A DNA stretch of 64,000 nucleotides, taken from Octopus sinensis. Lineage: Eukaryota. This document shows positions 40,470-54,717 of the stretch, in pieces. The position numbers and the translations under genes were made by a program. The notes beneath the pieces are model-generated. The model ran no database searches and was not told where the DNA came from. It worked only from the letters and a program-made list of their open reading frames with translations. Location of the stretch: the NCBI RefSeq assembly GCF_006345805.1, contig NC_043017.1, positions 30,814,001-30,878,000 of the forward strand, read 5' to 3'. How positions within the stretch are numbered: the first letter of the stretch is position 1; every line of letters starts with the position of its first letter.

Positions 40470-41640
40470 GTATATATATATTTAAGATTTTAAATTTTTA
40501 AATTTAATTTTTTTAATAAATCTTATGGTATAACATTGTTTTTTATATTAATATTGTTGGTTATGTAATGATCTAATTATCGTAATTTTTTCTATATAAT
40601 TATTAGATATTAACTTTACGTTTATTCGTAAGACTTTACTTAGCTAAAGAGATATATAGATCGTAAACGTTTATTCGAGTTTTTTAAAGTTAGGTTTCAT
40701 GTATATACATGTATTGATAGTATAAATTTTAGTCTTAAATAACTATATTTGTTGATAGTTATTTTAAATTTCTTATAATTGTTATTATAACTTACATATT
40801 TTTTAAAATCGATAATTGGTAGTAATATTCTTCCCATTGATAAATATATTTGTAGTATTTATTTGATACTATTTAACTACGGATTGATTATTTCATTAAG
40901 TATTTTATTATTTTATTTTAACTATACGATATTTGAAAGTTATTAGTTAGCCAACGAGAGATATATAGATCGTTAATTTGTTATAGCGTTCGTTTAAGAT
41001 TGTTTGATTTTTACAATTGGCTATTTCATGTTTAATCTTTTAATCTTTTAATATTTTTATTAGTAATAATGAATAATTAATTTATTAGGTCTTTATTATA
41101 CGTGAATATATATTTATTGATAGAGATAATTTTAGATCTTAACTATAATATTAATATACATTTATATATTTTCATTGATAATTTATTTATTATTCAAATA
41201 TTATATAATTATTTGACATGAAATTATATTTAATGATATGAATAGTCATTTTTTTTACGTAAAATATTTATGTAATTAGATATTGACTATAACTGATATT
41301 AGATTATTTGTGGGTTTCTTACCTTAAAAATTAATACTTAACATTATAATCGACTGTATGACATAATCACAATCTTTATGTTTCTAGTTTGATAATAGAG
41401 TGTTTTATAAGAAAAATTATTTTTTAATTTATTTCTTTAAAAAAATTGTTTAAATATTTCTGATTATTTATTAAAATATTATAATGAACCTGAAGATTGA
41501 CTATAACCATAATTCGAATTGTTAATTGAATTTAAATTATTGTTATTCGAATTGGTTTATGGGCATGAAACGATCGTAGTAGTTTTACTCCTTATCTTAT
41601 AATAAACTTTTAATACTTTTGATAGTTATACATATTTAAA
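40470..41640 (+). mobile_element. AT-eroded upstream part of an RTE LINE
   Basis: Remnants of FKY(LGS) at 41193, G.SL.TKI at 41313, LY(G) at 41354, C.RKI at 41401, LRWTGHIIRM-like at 41490 and K.LL.ELVYG at 41534, in the expected order upstream of the intact 3' end. Confidence 0.55.
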
Positions 41641-41700
41641 AAAATATATATGTTTATATATATATATATATGTTTATATATATATTACATATATGAATAT

Positions 41701-42039
41701 AATAGGAGTTGAAGAGAGGATAAGTAGATAGACAAAGAACACTGACTGGGAGAGCAATGCCTGTCATCGCCACAGATGGAGGAAGCAGGTTAAGGAGGGG
41801 ATCGACACTTTTGAGAGAGCACGTATCCACCATGAAGAACTTAAGCGAGCTGCGCGAAAGCGCACGGCTCGTATAGTGAATGGGGAAAGCTTGGTCTGCA
41901 ATGTTTGCAGTCATGTATGCTTGTCAAGAGCAGGGCTCATTAGCCACCAACGAAGCCGCAAATGCAAAATATAAGTTAGTCCTTGAACGCACAATGTTCC
42001 TGAAGGTCGGCAATTGTCTTCCTCGGTCACGAGTGGACG

Positions 42040-42046
<7 letters not shown>
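41701..42046 (+). mobile_element. Intact 3' end of an RTE-clade LINE with C-terminal C2H2 zinc finger
   Basis: Open frame 41744-41974: DWESNACHRHRWRKQVKEGIDTFERARIHHEELKRAARK...LVCNVCSHVCLSRAGLISHQRSRKCKI*. Followed by a short UTR and (TA)n. Confidence 0.85.
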
Positions 42047-42070
<24 letters not shown>

Positions 42071-42244
42071 CAGAGAGAGAGAGGGAGAGAGAGAGAGATG
42101 CATACGAGCGATTGCGTTTTAAATTTTGCGATAATTGATTCGTTATGTATCTTTTTTTAAATGCAAGGATAATAAAATTTGGTGGGGGGGGATTAACCAG
42201 TACGTTATGCAATCTGAAGCTCATCTACCAATGTTTAAAACGTG

Positions 42245-42486
42245 TGTGAAAATATATATCTTTCTTTACTACCCACAAGGGGCTAAACACAGAGAGGACA
42301 AACAATGACAGACAAACAGATTAAGTCGATTATATCGACCCAGTACGTAACTGGTACTTATTTAATCGACCCCGAAAGGATGAAAGGCAAAGTCGACCTC
42401 GGCAGAATTTGAACTCAGAACGTAGCGGCAGACGAAATACCGATAAGCATTTCGCCCGGCGTGCTAACGATTCTGCCAGCTCGCCG
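42245..42486 (-). mobile_element. SINE group C, monomeric
   Basis: Head plus one core unit ending GTAGTAAAGAAA. Confidence 0.9.
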
Positions 42487-42964
42487 TGTTTGAAAATATA
42501 TCGATTACTTAGCGAGTCAGTACTTGAATCTGTGTTAAATATTACCTGATGATCGCGTGGTTTGCACAGTGCATTCGTCGTCGCCATGTAACGTACTTTT
42601 CTGCTGAGTTGGTGACACCATAACAAATGTGTTGCCGTTTAAGCGCGAGTTCACCCGTCGAATAATGTGAAAGCACTACGTTCTTGATAGTGTTCACTTG
42701 GGAGTGATATTGATGTTGTTTACCGTTGCTTTCCCCAACTGGATGGATATTAATCCGCAAGAAGCTCATTCGTCATTCGATTTGTATTGTTTTTAGTCTT
42801 GCTGACTGTACATATAGCCTGCTGTAGCAAGATACTTTAATGGAGGAAACAGTTTAGTCGCTAACCACTCGACCGCGGAACAAGTTGTACTCGTTTAAAT
42901 TTCAAGGAGGAGCAGGTCTCAATATTTTGTGATGCTTCCATTAAAATAAATTTGTGCGTGGGAC

Positions 42965-43310
42965 TAAGTCAATCACATCATCCTCATCACCTTATTTCAT
43001 CAAACTCGAAATGATGAAAGAAATGACAAATCGACCTCGGTGGAATTTGAACTTAAAGAATGGACAAATGATAGCTCGCAGACTTAGCACTTGTAATAAT
43101 ATCGGTTTCAAATTATGGAAAAAGGCCAGCATTTTGCGTGAGGGGCAAGTCGATTACAACGCCCTCAGTGTTTAACTGGTATTTATTTTAAAGGCCACGA
43201 AAGGATAAAAACGTGAAGTCAAACTTGGCGGAATTTGAACTTAGGACATATGAAATACTAGCCAGCAACATTTTCCCGGCCTCCTTACGATTCCGCCGAC
43301 TCTTTGCTTG
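42965..43310 (-). mobile_element. Two degenerate SINE group C fragments
   Basis: Core-like GGAATTTGAACT...GACCTCGG matches near 43030 and 43230. Confidence 0.55.
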
Positions 43311-43355
43311 AACGCTGGTAACTATATAAAGCCTTGTTACAAATGATACAATGAT

Positions 43356-43739
43356 AGGCGCAGGAGTGGTTGTGTGGTAAGTAGCTTGCTAACCAACCAC
43401 ATGGTTTCGGGTTCAGTCCCACTGCATCTTGTGGCATCTTGTAGCCCCAGGCCGACCAATGCCTTGTGAGTGGATTTGGTAGACGGAAACGGAAAGAAGC
43501 CTGTCGTATATATGTATATATATATGTATGTGTGTGTGTGTTTGTCTGTGTTTGTCCCCTAGCTTGACAACTGATGCTGGTGTGTTTACGTCCCCGTCAC
43601 TTAGCGGTTCGGCAAAAGAGACCGATAGAATAAGTACTGGGCTTACAAAGAATAAGTCCCGGAGTCGATTTGCTCGACTAAAGGCGGTGCTCCAGCATGG
43701 CCGCAGTCAAATGACTGAAACAAGTAAAAGAGTAAAGAG
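43356..43739 (+). mobile_element. SINE group A
   Basis: Near-complete copy. Confidence 0.9.
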
Positions 43740-43911
43740 AATATCATGAATATATAACAAAAAACGTCAGAATAGCAATAATACGAATACAAAGGATAAA
43801 AATTTATTTCCAATGTTGGGGAGCAATTGTGGGCCGGAAGGTAAAGCAGAAATGGGAACATATTATTGCAGGAAATGAAGTCCTATGGGATAATAAAGTT
43901 GCAGTTGATGA

Positions 43912-44247
43912 TTGTTTGTTGAGCGAAGCGATCTTCGTCCCAGAGTGGGAGAAGTCCGAAACATGGTCCTTTGCTATTCGTAAGACCTGCAGAAGAGAAA
44001 GCAGGCCAACCCCCGACACCGAGAGCATCGACGGATGGATGAATGCGCATCCAGGCTCAGCGGTTGCGTAGGAAGTCGGGGATAAGAAGCAGGAAGAAAG
44101 AGTGAGAGAATGTTGGAACGAAAGAGCATCGTGGAGCTTTAGGTGTTTTCGCTCAATAAACACACACAACGCCCGATCTGGGAATCGAAACCGCGATCCT
44201 CCGACCGCGAGTCCGCTGCCGTAACCACTGGGCCATTGTGCCTCCAC
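43912..44247 (-). mobile_element. SINE group B head with tail type 3
   Basis: Group B head. Tail ...GGACTTCTCCCACTCTGGGACGAAGATCGCTTCGCTCAACAAACAA. Confidence 0.8.
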
Positions 44248-44249
44248 TG

Positions 44250-44964
44250 CTGTTGTTGTTGTTGTTGTTGTTGTTGTTGATGATGATGATGATGACGATG
44301 ATGATGACGATGACGATGATGATGATGATGATGATGATGACGATGATGATGATGATGACGATGACGATGATGATGACGATGATGATGTTACCGTAGAGGC
44401 TGAAAGGAAATTTATTATAATGGCGTAATTGTTGTGAAGCTACAGTAAAAATTGTTTTCCCACTCTTCCACCAGTATCCTATTTGTATTTTCGTTTATCG
44501 CCCCCGAAGGAATGAAAGGTAAATTCACCGATGCCAACCGCCTTTGAACCAAGAACATATGTGCATGTTACAAATAATGGAGGTGATTGAGTCCCAAAAA
44601 TATTTGTGGTGCCCCACCCATCTGATAGCAATAAAGCAGTCGTTAGAAACTGCAGCACATATATTTTCAAAGGGGCATCCTGTGAAAAATCAACACCGTG
44701 AAATCACAGAATCTGGTAATGAAGCAAGGGTGCCACGCCTTTTGATTTCTGTGCCAGCTCCACAATGCTATTTGTTTATATTTATATGTAGCATTGGCAA
44801 AGTGGTTAATCGGCAGAGGTAATAATATGCCGGGTAGAACGAGGGATATTCATTCCATCTGTTTCTCACCTTCTTCTCTCTCTCTCATTCTCTCTTCTCT
44901 CTCTCTCATTCGCTACTTCACTGCTCTCAAGTTTCATCTTTCGTTAAATGCAGTACCTTTCAAA

Positions 44965-44996
<32 letters not shown>

Positions 44997-45150
44997 CTTC
45001 TTCTTCTTCTTCTTCTTCTTCTTCTTCTTCTTCTTCTTCTTCTTCTTCTTCTTCTCCATCATCATCATCTTCCTCTTTTTCAACTTCTTCCTCTTCTTCT
45101 TTATCATCACCTTCCTCTTCTTCTTCTTCTTCTTCTTCTTCTTCTTCTAT

Positions 45151-45185
<35 letters not shown>
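44250..45185. repeat. (GTT/GAT/GAC)n at 44250-44386 and (CTT/CTA)n at 44967-45185
   Basis: Directly visible. Confidence 0.9.
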
Positions 45186-45186
<1 letters not shown>

Positions 45187-45785
45187 ATCTTTCGATAAAA
45201 TATATTTTAAATATTTCTTATTATTCTTATATTTCTCCCACTTCTTTTCCGCCTCCTCCTTCTCCTCCTCCTCCTCTTCCGCCTCCTTTTCTCTCACCTT
45301 CACTCCTAACGATACGTCCACTAATCAGAGGGTCTAGCAAATTCTATGCATGGACATACTGTTTCTCAGAAAAAATTGAGAACCAAGGCAAGAAACACTA
45401 CGTTGAGCTAATAAGGACACCTCCCAGGGTCAATGTATCTCCTAAAATCAGCAGACAATCTTCACGCACACCAAACTATACCCAAAATAACGAATGGAGG
45501 CATAAGAAATTCCATTTCTAAATTTACTCTTCACAAGGATCGCATTTGTTTACCGGTCTGCTCAGTCAGGTGCGATCTGGTAAAACAACACTGAAGAACA
45601 AAAATAAAAAGAAATACAAGTTGCAGTAGTGTTTTTTGTTGTTTTTGTAATCCATCTGTACCGAACTAACTAATCGGAAGATATTATTTAATATAATTAA
45701 GTAAACGTGGAAGCATAAAAAGAATTCCTCTTAAATTCTAATAGACTTACTATAATTTCGAATTCTGCATTTTTACATTTAAAAT

Positions 45786-46082
45786 GAAGGCGCAATGGCC
45801 TAGTGGTTATGCAGCGGACTCGCAGTCGCAGGATCGCTGTTTCGATTCCCAGACCGGGCGTTGTGTGTGTTTATTGAGCGAAAACACCTATAAAGCTCCA
45901 CGAGGCTCCGGCAGGGGGTGGTGATCCCTGCTGTACTCTTTCACCACTCTTTCTTCTGTTGGCCTGCTCGCTTAGCCAGCGGGGTGGAGTCATTCGAAGG
46001 CTAAAACAATGCAAACGCATTGTGACCAGCGATGTGTAACAGCATATGATGACCTGGTCGATCACGTGATCACGTGATCACA
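45786..46082 (+). mobile_element. SINE group B head with tail type 4
   Basis: Group B head. Tail ends in repeated GATCACGT. Confidence 0.85.
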
Positions 46083-46345
46083 TTTAAAATGTATCTAAAA
46101 ATATTCTTCAACACGAATGGCAAAGAATATATTTCCATAACAACTATAATTCCTAGATAATATCCACGGGTTTTTCATTGACTTGATGAACTGAAGCCTC
46201 ATGGCAGGTATTGTTCTGCCCAAAGGTACCAAAAACAGAAGTTTATTTTCTTTTGACAAAGACCGAATTCCTTAGTTAAAAACTGCCAACAAATTCTTTA
46301 AGCGAATGCATGTCTGGTCGATCTATCGATCTTCTCTCTTTACTC

Positions 46346-46557
46346 ACTCTTTTACTCTTTTACTTGTTTCAGTCATTTGACTGCGGCCATGCTGGAGCAC
46401 CGCCTTTAGTCGAGCAACTCGACCCCGGGACTTATTCTTTGTAAGCCCAGTACTTATTTTATCGGTCTCTTTTGCCGAACCGCTAAGTTACGGGGACGTA
46501 AGCACACCAGCATCGGTTGTCAAGCAATGCTAGGGGGACAAACACAGACACACACAC

Positions 46558-46598
<41 letters not shown>

Positions 46599-46704
46599 AC
46601 AGCCTTCTTTCCGTTTCCGTCTACAAAATCCACTCACAAGGCATTGGTCGGCCCGGGGCTATAGTAGAAGGCACTTGCCCAAGATGCCACGCAGTGGGAC
46701 TGAA
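46346..46704 (-). mobile_element. SINE group A, head truncated at the B box
   Basis: Homology stops at GGGACTGAA. Confidence 0.9.
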
Positions 46705-47028
46705 TCCACTTTTAATAAAAGTCAATCTGTTAATAAAAGTCAATCTACATAAGGATAACAGAGTGCATGGCACCCAATATCTGATAGAAAGAAACATTTT
46801 TTCACTAGTAGTACTCTTTTAAAACTATGACATTCCTTTTTATCGATGGAAACTTCTGAGCTCTGTTTTTATTTCAGTTAAAACTAAGATGCTTTACACA
46901 TGTCATTAGCCTAAGAGATATATTTAAAATTCCCCCGCTCCCATTAATGAAAACAATTTGTCCTCGTTGTGATCTTATTTTAAATAGTGAAGGGTGGTGA
47001 TTAATACTTGCTAGATGCATTTCAATTC

Positions 47029-47590
47029 GTGAGCTGGCAGAATCGTTAGCACGCCGGGCGAAATGCTTTGTGGTATTTCCTCCGCCTTTACGTTGTGAGT
47101 TCAAATTCCGCCGAGGTCGACTTTGCCTTTCATCCATTCGAGGTCGATTAAATAAGTACCAGTTACGCACTGGGGTCGATGTAATCAACTTAAAACCTAT
47201 ATCTGCTCTTGTTTGTCTACTCTATGTTTAGCCCCTTGTCGGTAATAAATAAATAGGTATTTCGTCTGCCGTTAAGTTCTGAGTTCAAATTCCGCCGAGG
47301 TCAACTTTGCCTTTCATCCTTTCGAGATCGATTAAATAAGTACCAGTTACGCACTGGGGTCGATATAATTGACTTAATCCGTTTGTCTGGCATTGTTTTT
47401 CCCCTCTGTCTGTAGCCCTTTGTAGGCAGTAAAGAAATAGGTAATTTGTCCGTCTTTACGTAGTGAGTTCGAATTCTGCCGAAGTCGACATCGCCTTTCA
47501 TCATTTCGGGGTGGATAAAATAAGTACCAGCTGAGTACTGTGATTGATGTACTCAACTTATCCTCTGTCTCGAAATCAATGGCTTTGTGC
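47029..47590 (+). mobile_element. SINE group C with three tandem 184-bp core units
   Basis: Units start at 47072, 47256 and 47440. Confidence 0.9.
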
Positions 47591-49500
47591 CAACATTTGA
47601 TATGGATAATTTTGTCTGCTACTAAACAGTTCTTTAAATCTCTGTCTTTGGTTAATGATGTGACCATGTGAATATTAATAATATGCATTGTTTTGGAGAT
47701 GAGTTTCCTTTTAATTCTTGCATCAAAAGCGTTTCAATCATTTCCATTTGACCTTACAAGCAACAAATTTAAGTCTTTTGCTGCTACAAATCTTAAATAA
47801 TCTGCTAACCAATCTCACTGTTTATATTGCACATATTTCAAACTACAAAGAATTTTATTTCTTTTATATTTGTTTTTTTTAGCTGTACAAGAACCGAAGG
47901 ACTAAGACTGTCATTGCTAAGTGTAAACAATATATCATTTACTATATTCGTGTACAAATAAAAAGATTTCGTGTAGGCGACTATCATATGGAAGTGTGTC
48001 GCCAATGAAATGGATTTAACAGAAAGCAAAAGTATAATTATGCGAATAAAAGTGAGCTAGACATTTATACAATTATCAAATACATTTAATATGATTATTA
48101 CAACTATTGTCATTATATTTATTTCGATTTTACATTTTAACATCAACAGACAAATCTATGCTGTTAACAGCGTCAGAGCTACACATGGTTATCCAACTTG
48201 CTAAACAGACCATGTGATTCTCCTCCAAACAATACACCCTAGTGTGTTAAATTTGTACTCAAACTACACAACGTGCGTTTAATATACGTTAGAAATAAGA
48301 AACGAAATTCGTCCACAACATATCACAAATCATTATATGTAAAAACAAAAACAAGGACAGTTACCGCGTACAAGAAAAACAGTTATTTTAATAATAAATA
48401 CGCTATCTTTTAGATCCCGCATTGGAGCATGTGCAGTTGTGTGTTTCTCTTTGAAATTACGTCTATATATAACCGCAAGATACCAGTATCGTCTAGAAAA
48501 CCGATAAGTTGCTGAGAAGCAGCCTTCATATTGTCACTATTGTTAACTTCGGTGAATTAGTGATTAGCCATTTGGAAACCAATATTCAATAGAGCTCTCG
48601 TTCGCAAAAAGAATGGCACACAATAAATAATTGAAAAAAATACAAATGTTGCTATAGATTTGCTGCAAGACATCTTATATCATCAAAGAAGATTACCAGT
48701 TCTTTCGCGTACAAGAGAACACTCATTAATAACACCTTCTTTCTCTCCCCCAAACCCTCAACCATATTCTGTTCTTCTTACTCCGCAACATTAAAATATG
48801 ACAAAAAAATACAAATTAAAATATGGAAAAGCAAACATTGACGAGAAAGCGTAATAGAAAAAAACAATGCGAGAGCGCAACTGTCGCGTTTTTCTTTTTC
48901 TCTCTTGAAGATATGTAGTCCAAAGTAATACAAAAATATTTTACGAGTGTAAAGGCAGATGGGGAGAGCGGGCGGTTGAAGCAAATAAATGGAAAAAAAA
49001 GTAAAAGATGTGTTGAATAAAAAGGAAGAAAGCAAACATCCCCGCGCTTTCTCTCCACCAGAATAATTAACAAAAGCAAAGAGATATCTGAATCTGTTTT
49101 AACTTTGCACAGAAACGGAAGGAAAATAATAGATGTCATAGGGATGCGAGTCTTTTGCTGAGAAATAAGCTAAAAGCGAATTGTGACATTTTATATTGCG
49201 ACATTTACAAATTGTTTTTAAATCAGAGCTGAACTTGAAAAGAAAAATCAGAAAAATTTCCACTAATTCACAAAAAAGAAAGAAAGAGAAGTATCAATAA
49301 TTAAAAAAAGTGGGAACACGAAAAGTGATGAAATTGTTCTCTATTGTGTTTGTTTGTTAATATTTTCTTCGTGCTTGTAAATTAAATTTTAAAAAAGAAA
49401 TGTTTTAATTAAATGAAGATAATTCCTAACAGTAATTTATTTTCTAATTTTCTAACTGTTTATGGGAGTCAATGTTTGCGTATGTGCAAAAGATGCATAT

Positions 49501-49541
<41 letters not shown>

Positions 49542-49815
49542 TTCGTTAATGTGTTCGTACGTGACAAAATATTTGTGCATCAGGCTATATATGATGTAGT
49601 AACGTATGATGTGTCGAACTAAATTTTGTGTAAGCGTATGCGCGTATGCCGTTTCATCCGCGGCTATATGTTTCTCAGAAGATGTCAATGGTTGTGTGTC
49701 CTTGTGTATATGTAATGGTGGCAATGCACTTCATTATATTCTATGTGTGACGTGTTTGTTTCTTCTGTAAATCGTATAATGTATTATTAATTGTCAATGA
49801 ATATAATTTATCTAT

Positions 49816-50397
49816 GAGGCGGTGAACTGGCAGAATCGTTAGCACGCCGGGCGGAATGCTTATCGGTATTTCTTATGCCGCTACGTTCTGAGTTCAAATT
49901 CCGCCGAGGTCGACTTTGCCTTTCATCCTTTCAGGGTCGATTAAATAAGTACCAGCTACGCACTGGGGGTCGATATAATCGACTTAATCCGTTTGTTTCT
50001 CCTTGTTGGTCCTCCCTGTGTTAAGTCCCTTGTGTGTAGTAAAGAAATAGGTATTTCTTCTGTCCTTACTTTCTGAGTTCAAATTCCGCCGAGGTCGACT
50101 TTGCCTTTCATCCTTTCGGGATCGATTAAATAAGTACCAGGTACGCACTGGGGTCGATGAAATTGACTTAATCCGTTTGTCTGTCCGTCTTTGTCCTCTC
50201 TGTGTTTAGCCCCTTGTGGGTAGTAAAGAAATAGGTATTTCGTCTCTCTTTACGTTCTGAGTTTAAATTCCGCCGAGGTCGACTTTGCCTTTCATCCTTT
50301 CCGGTCGATAAATTAAGTACCAGTTGCGTACTGGAGTCGATCTAATTTACTGGCACCCTCCTAAAACATTACGGGCCTTGATTCCTAGAGTAGAAAA
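49816..50397 (+). mobile_element. SINE group C with three tandem ~184-bp core units
   Basis: Units start at 49865, 50050 and 50234. Confidence 0.9.
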
Positions 50398-51246
50398 CAA
50401 TAGAATATAATTTATTTATGTGTAAATGTATGTTGCTAATTATGCATAAGTACATTCTGCGTTATATATGAGGAGGTGTGCGTGCGTACGTGTGTGTGAA
50501 TGCAGTCTACATATCCAGCTGGTGCATATTGAGTAAGCATAAAATTTCCCTGCGCAACTGTGACACTCCCCATGATGATTATGTACGTGCTCAAGTGTAT
50601 TTTATGCAATTTGACTTAATGACCAAGAACGAGGAGAGCCTTGCTTGAATTCTTCACAAGAAGTCTCCAAGACTGATAAACTTAATGTCCAAATTTCTTA
50701 CGACGTTGCACATTTACGACGACAGATATGCCGTGTGCAGAGACGAAATTTCAAGAAGGCGAAGTTATATGAGGAAAAGGCTAGCTTCTGGGCGATTGAA
50801 CGCTATACAGAGGATAAGAGGAGAGAGAATGAAGGAGGATAAAGCAAACACCAACGAATTAAAGCCATTATATTCAAGTAGAAATTACTCAAGTGGTAGA
50901 TATTACGTCTGGGAGCTTTATGTCGGATTAACTTAATGCATTTCTGTTGAGTGGATATTCTCTGGATATGTAAAATATCTGCTCAGTGGCAGCAGCAATA
51001 CCCTAGGTGGCAGAGCACGACTGGTTATGAGAGAAATCTAAAAATATAGATGTATTTAAACAGGAAGGGAAAAGCAAGATTTTGTAATAAAATCTTCTCT
51101 ACAGACGTCTCTAAAATGTCTGAGTTTTCTGCATGGCATGTGCATAGGTGCACAAATGTGTATTTACGTGTGCTTAATACAAAAGGATACACATCTGTGG
51201 TGTTATGTAAGATAAATAAATCTGAGAGCATATATGTGGAGAAATG

Positions 51247-52114
51247 TACGTTGGAGTATCAAAAAATTCCAGGACTAGTTCTGTAACACGCCAACAGATG
51301 GAAACACATAGCTACATGTGCAATGTGAACCAGTAGTTAATTTCATGGGACACTGGGATGAGCGACATCTCTGTATATATTTCGCAAGGTGTGAATTTTG
51401 TGTTTTTCTGAGGACGTTGTTGTCTGCGATTTTTCATGGAATTCTGTTACACAGACTTTGAGCATGCTTCGGCAAGCTTACAGCGATGAGGATGTGGGTC
51501 ATACGCAAAGTTTTGACTGCCACGGGCGCTTCAAAAGTGTAAGAATTTGCCTGGAAAACGATGAGCGATCTGGTAGACTTGAGACAAGCATCACCCCCGG
51601 AATTGTGAACCTGTCCATCGAGAATTCGCCCATCTGAGCCAGGCAGTCAATCAAGAGTTCCACTAAGATCTTTTGATGCGTTTGAGAGAGGACATTCATC
51701 GAAAGCGACCGGAGATCTGTGAAGTGCAAATATTGGATTTTTCACGATGACAATGCACTGTCACCGAGTTCTACTCACTGATGGGTCTATCGCCAAACCA
51801 ACATGGTATCGCTTCCACACCTGCCCTAGCCGCAAGAGCACCTGCGGACTTCAATTTCTTTCCCAAGATGAAACTGCAATTAAAAGGTTGCCGTTTTAAC
51901 CTCGTTATCGGAATCCAGAGCGAATCTCAGAACGTCATCAACTCGCTTACGGTAAATGAATTCCAGGCCGGATTCCACAAGTGGCAGCAACGCTGGGATC
52001 AGTGTATTACCGTTCAAGGTGAGTATATCGAAATAGACAATGTTAAAATTTAGGGAAATAAATTATTTTGTATCAAACTTATCTAGTCCGGGAATGTTTT
52101 GACAACACCTCGTA
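51247..52114 (+). mobile_element. Internally deleted mariner transposon with both TIRs
   Basis: N-terminal TLSMLRQAYSDE...RFKS...DERSGR, and C-terminal FHDDNA and APADFNFFPKMKLQLKGCRF...WQQRWDQCITVQGEYIE. Imperfect TIRs TACG...TCAAAAAATTCCAGGACTAG / CTAGTCCGGGAATGTTTTGAC...CGTA. Confidence 0.9.
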
Positions 52115-52789
52115 TGTTAAAAAAGCGAGAACACCACACTGGTGCTATATAAACTAAAATTATATGAGAGCACTGTAATTCGGTGACGTATGCTGGAAAT
52201 ATGTGATGAGTGTATAATTAGATTTCTATGCGTTTTGAATATTTGCGTGTGTGATAGAGAACTGTAATATTATGTAAATTGAATAGTATGCAGGTTTAAT
52301 GCGTATGACTGCTCGACTTTGCTATTACTTGGAATGTTTTTAAGTGAGTGTACAAGCGGCGTGCTATATAAGCTAAATCATATAACAGTGTGATGAATAT
52401 CTGTGAAGCTATATGTGCTTAATAAGTGTGAGTGAGTATACAGGTGTAGTGAGCTGTTTAATGTGCATATAATGAATAACTGCGGTTTCATGTAAGCTGA
52501 ATGAATATAAGTGATAATTAAAGTGTTATGTATGTTTAAAAGTGTTTGAGTGCTGAGCTATAAAAGTTGTTGGTAGTGTAAGTGAGCTTGTAATTTTATT
52601 GTTATGCGAGTTTATATCGAAGAATGAGAACACAATTCAGACGTTATGTATTTTGAATATACAAAAGCGAATGTATAATTCTGGTGTTCTATACGTTGAA
52701 TGAGGATGCCATGTGTATGCTAAATCTGTTTCTGTGATAGACTGTAGTTTTACACACATACACAGAAACAAACACGCATCTAGCCATCC

Positions 52790-53540
<751 letters not shown>

Positions 53541-54082
53541 TTTAACTAGCTATTTAACTGTGTCTATATATGTATTTGTGTGTGAGCGAGAGAGTGAGAG
53601 AGAAAGAGAGTATGTGTGTGTGTCTGTGTGTCTGTGTCTGTGTCTGTGTGCATGTGTGTGCCCTTGTTTGTCTGTGTATAGAATAAAAAATAAAGTAGAA
53701 TATCTGTTGAATGTATGAGTGAATAACTGAACAAATGTTTTGCTTCTAATGTTGGATAACAATCAAGGAACATCTACAGTGTTAAGCACGATAAATGCAT
53801 GTGAGTGGGTGCACGGTTTTGATGTTACATTGGATGAAATAAGTGAGAGAGTACAAATATCTGTCATAACGTGTTTTGTTGTATATTACCAAAGGTATAT
53901 TTACAACAATTCGTGTGAACGAAGCATTATTTCGTTTAACAGAGAAGGAAAGAATGCAAGTTTATGTAAAACAAGGTGACAGGATTCATATAAATGCAAG
54001 ATGCTACTACTGTGTGTAAAATTGTGTGAGTGTTTATATATATATATATATATACATACATGCATGCATACATAGAGGCATA

Positions 54083-54123
<41 letters not shown>

Positions 54124-54126
<3 letters not shown>

Positions 54127-54308
54127 GGTCCCGGGTTGATCAGGGGTTAACCACAGTAACTAAGGTACTCAATACATAGCAGAGTAAAATTAATTATTAT
54201 ATAGAAGGAGCTTCTACAGGACTAGTACTGTTTTCATTCAAGAGAAATCTTAAGATTTCTCTTGAATGAAACAGTACTAGTCCTGTAGAAGCTCCTTCTA
54301 TATAATAA
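54124..54308. mobile_element. Penelope-like fold-back relic, sister of 20962-21150
   Basis: Arms span 54194-54308, centred at 54251/54252, inside (TA)n. Confidence 0.75.
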
Positions 54309-54679
54309 ATATATATATATATAATATAATATATATATATATATATATATACATATATATGTGTATATATATCAAGCATGGGTCTTTTTTCCGAGAGAGA
54401 TGGAAATATACATGGTAAAATACATTTATATATAGATGTATAGAAACATGTATATATACATAAATATATGTATACACACACAAATACACACATATATATA
54501 TATACTTGTATAGGTACATATATATGTATATATATTCATGTGTATATTTATATATATCTAGAATAGATATATACATAAATATATATATAAATACATATAT
54601 ATATATATATAGCATGTATATAGGTATGTATATATATGTTTGCGTGTGTGTATATATCTATGTAGGTATATATATATAT

Positions 54680-54717
<38 letters not shown>

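Noticed and set aside
40470-41640. Mitochondrial insertion (NUMT) or parasite DNA as the source of the AT-rich block
   Set aside because: No mitochondrial ORF, tRNA or rRNA motif was seen, and ordered RTE remnants explain it better.
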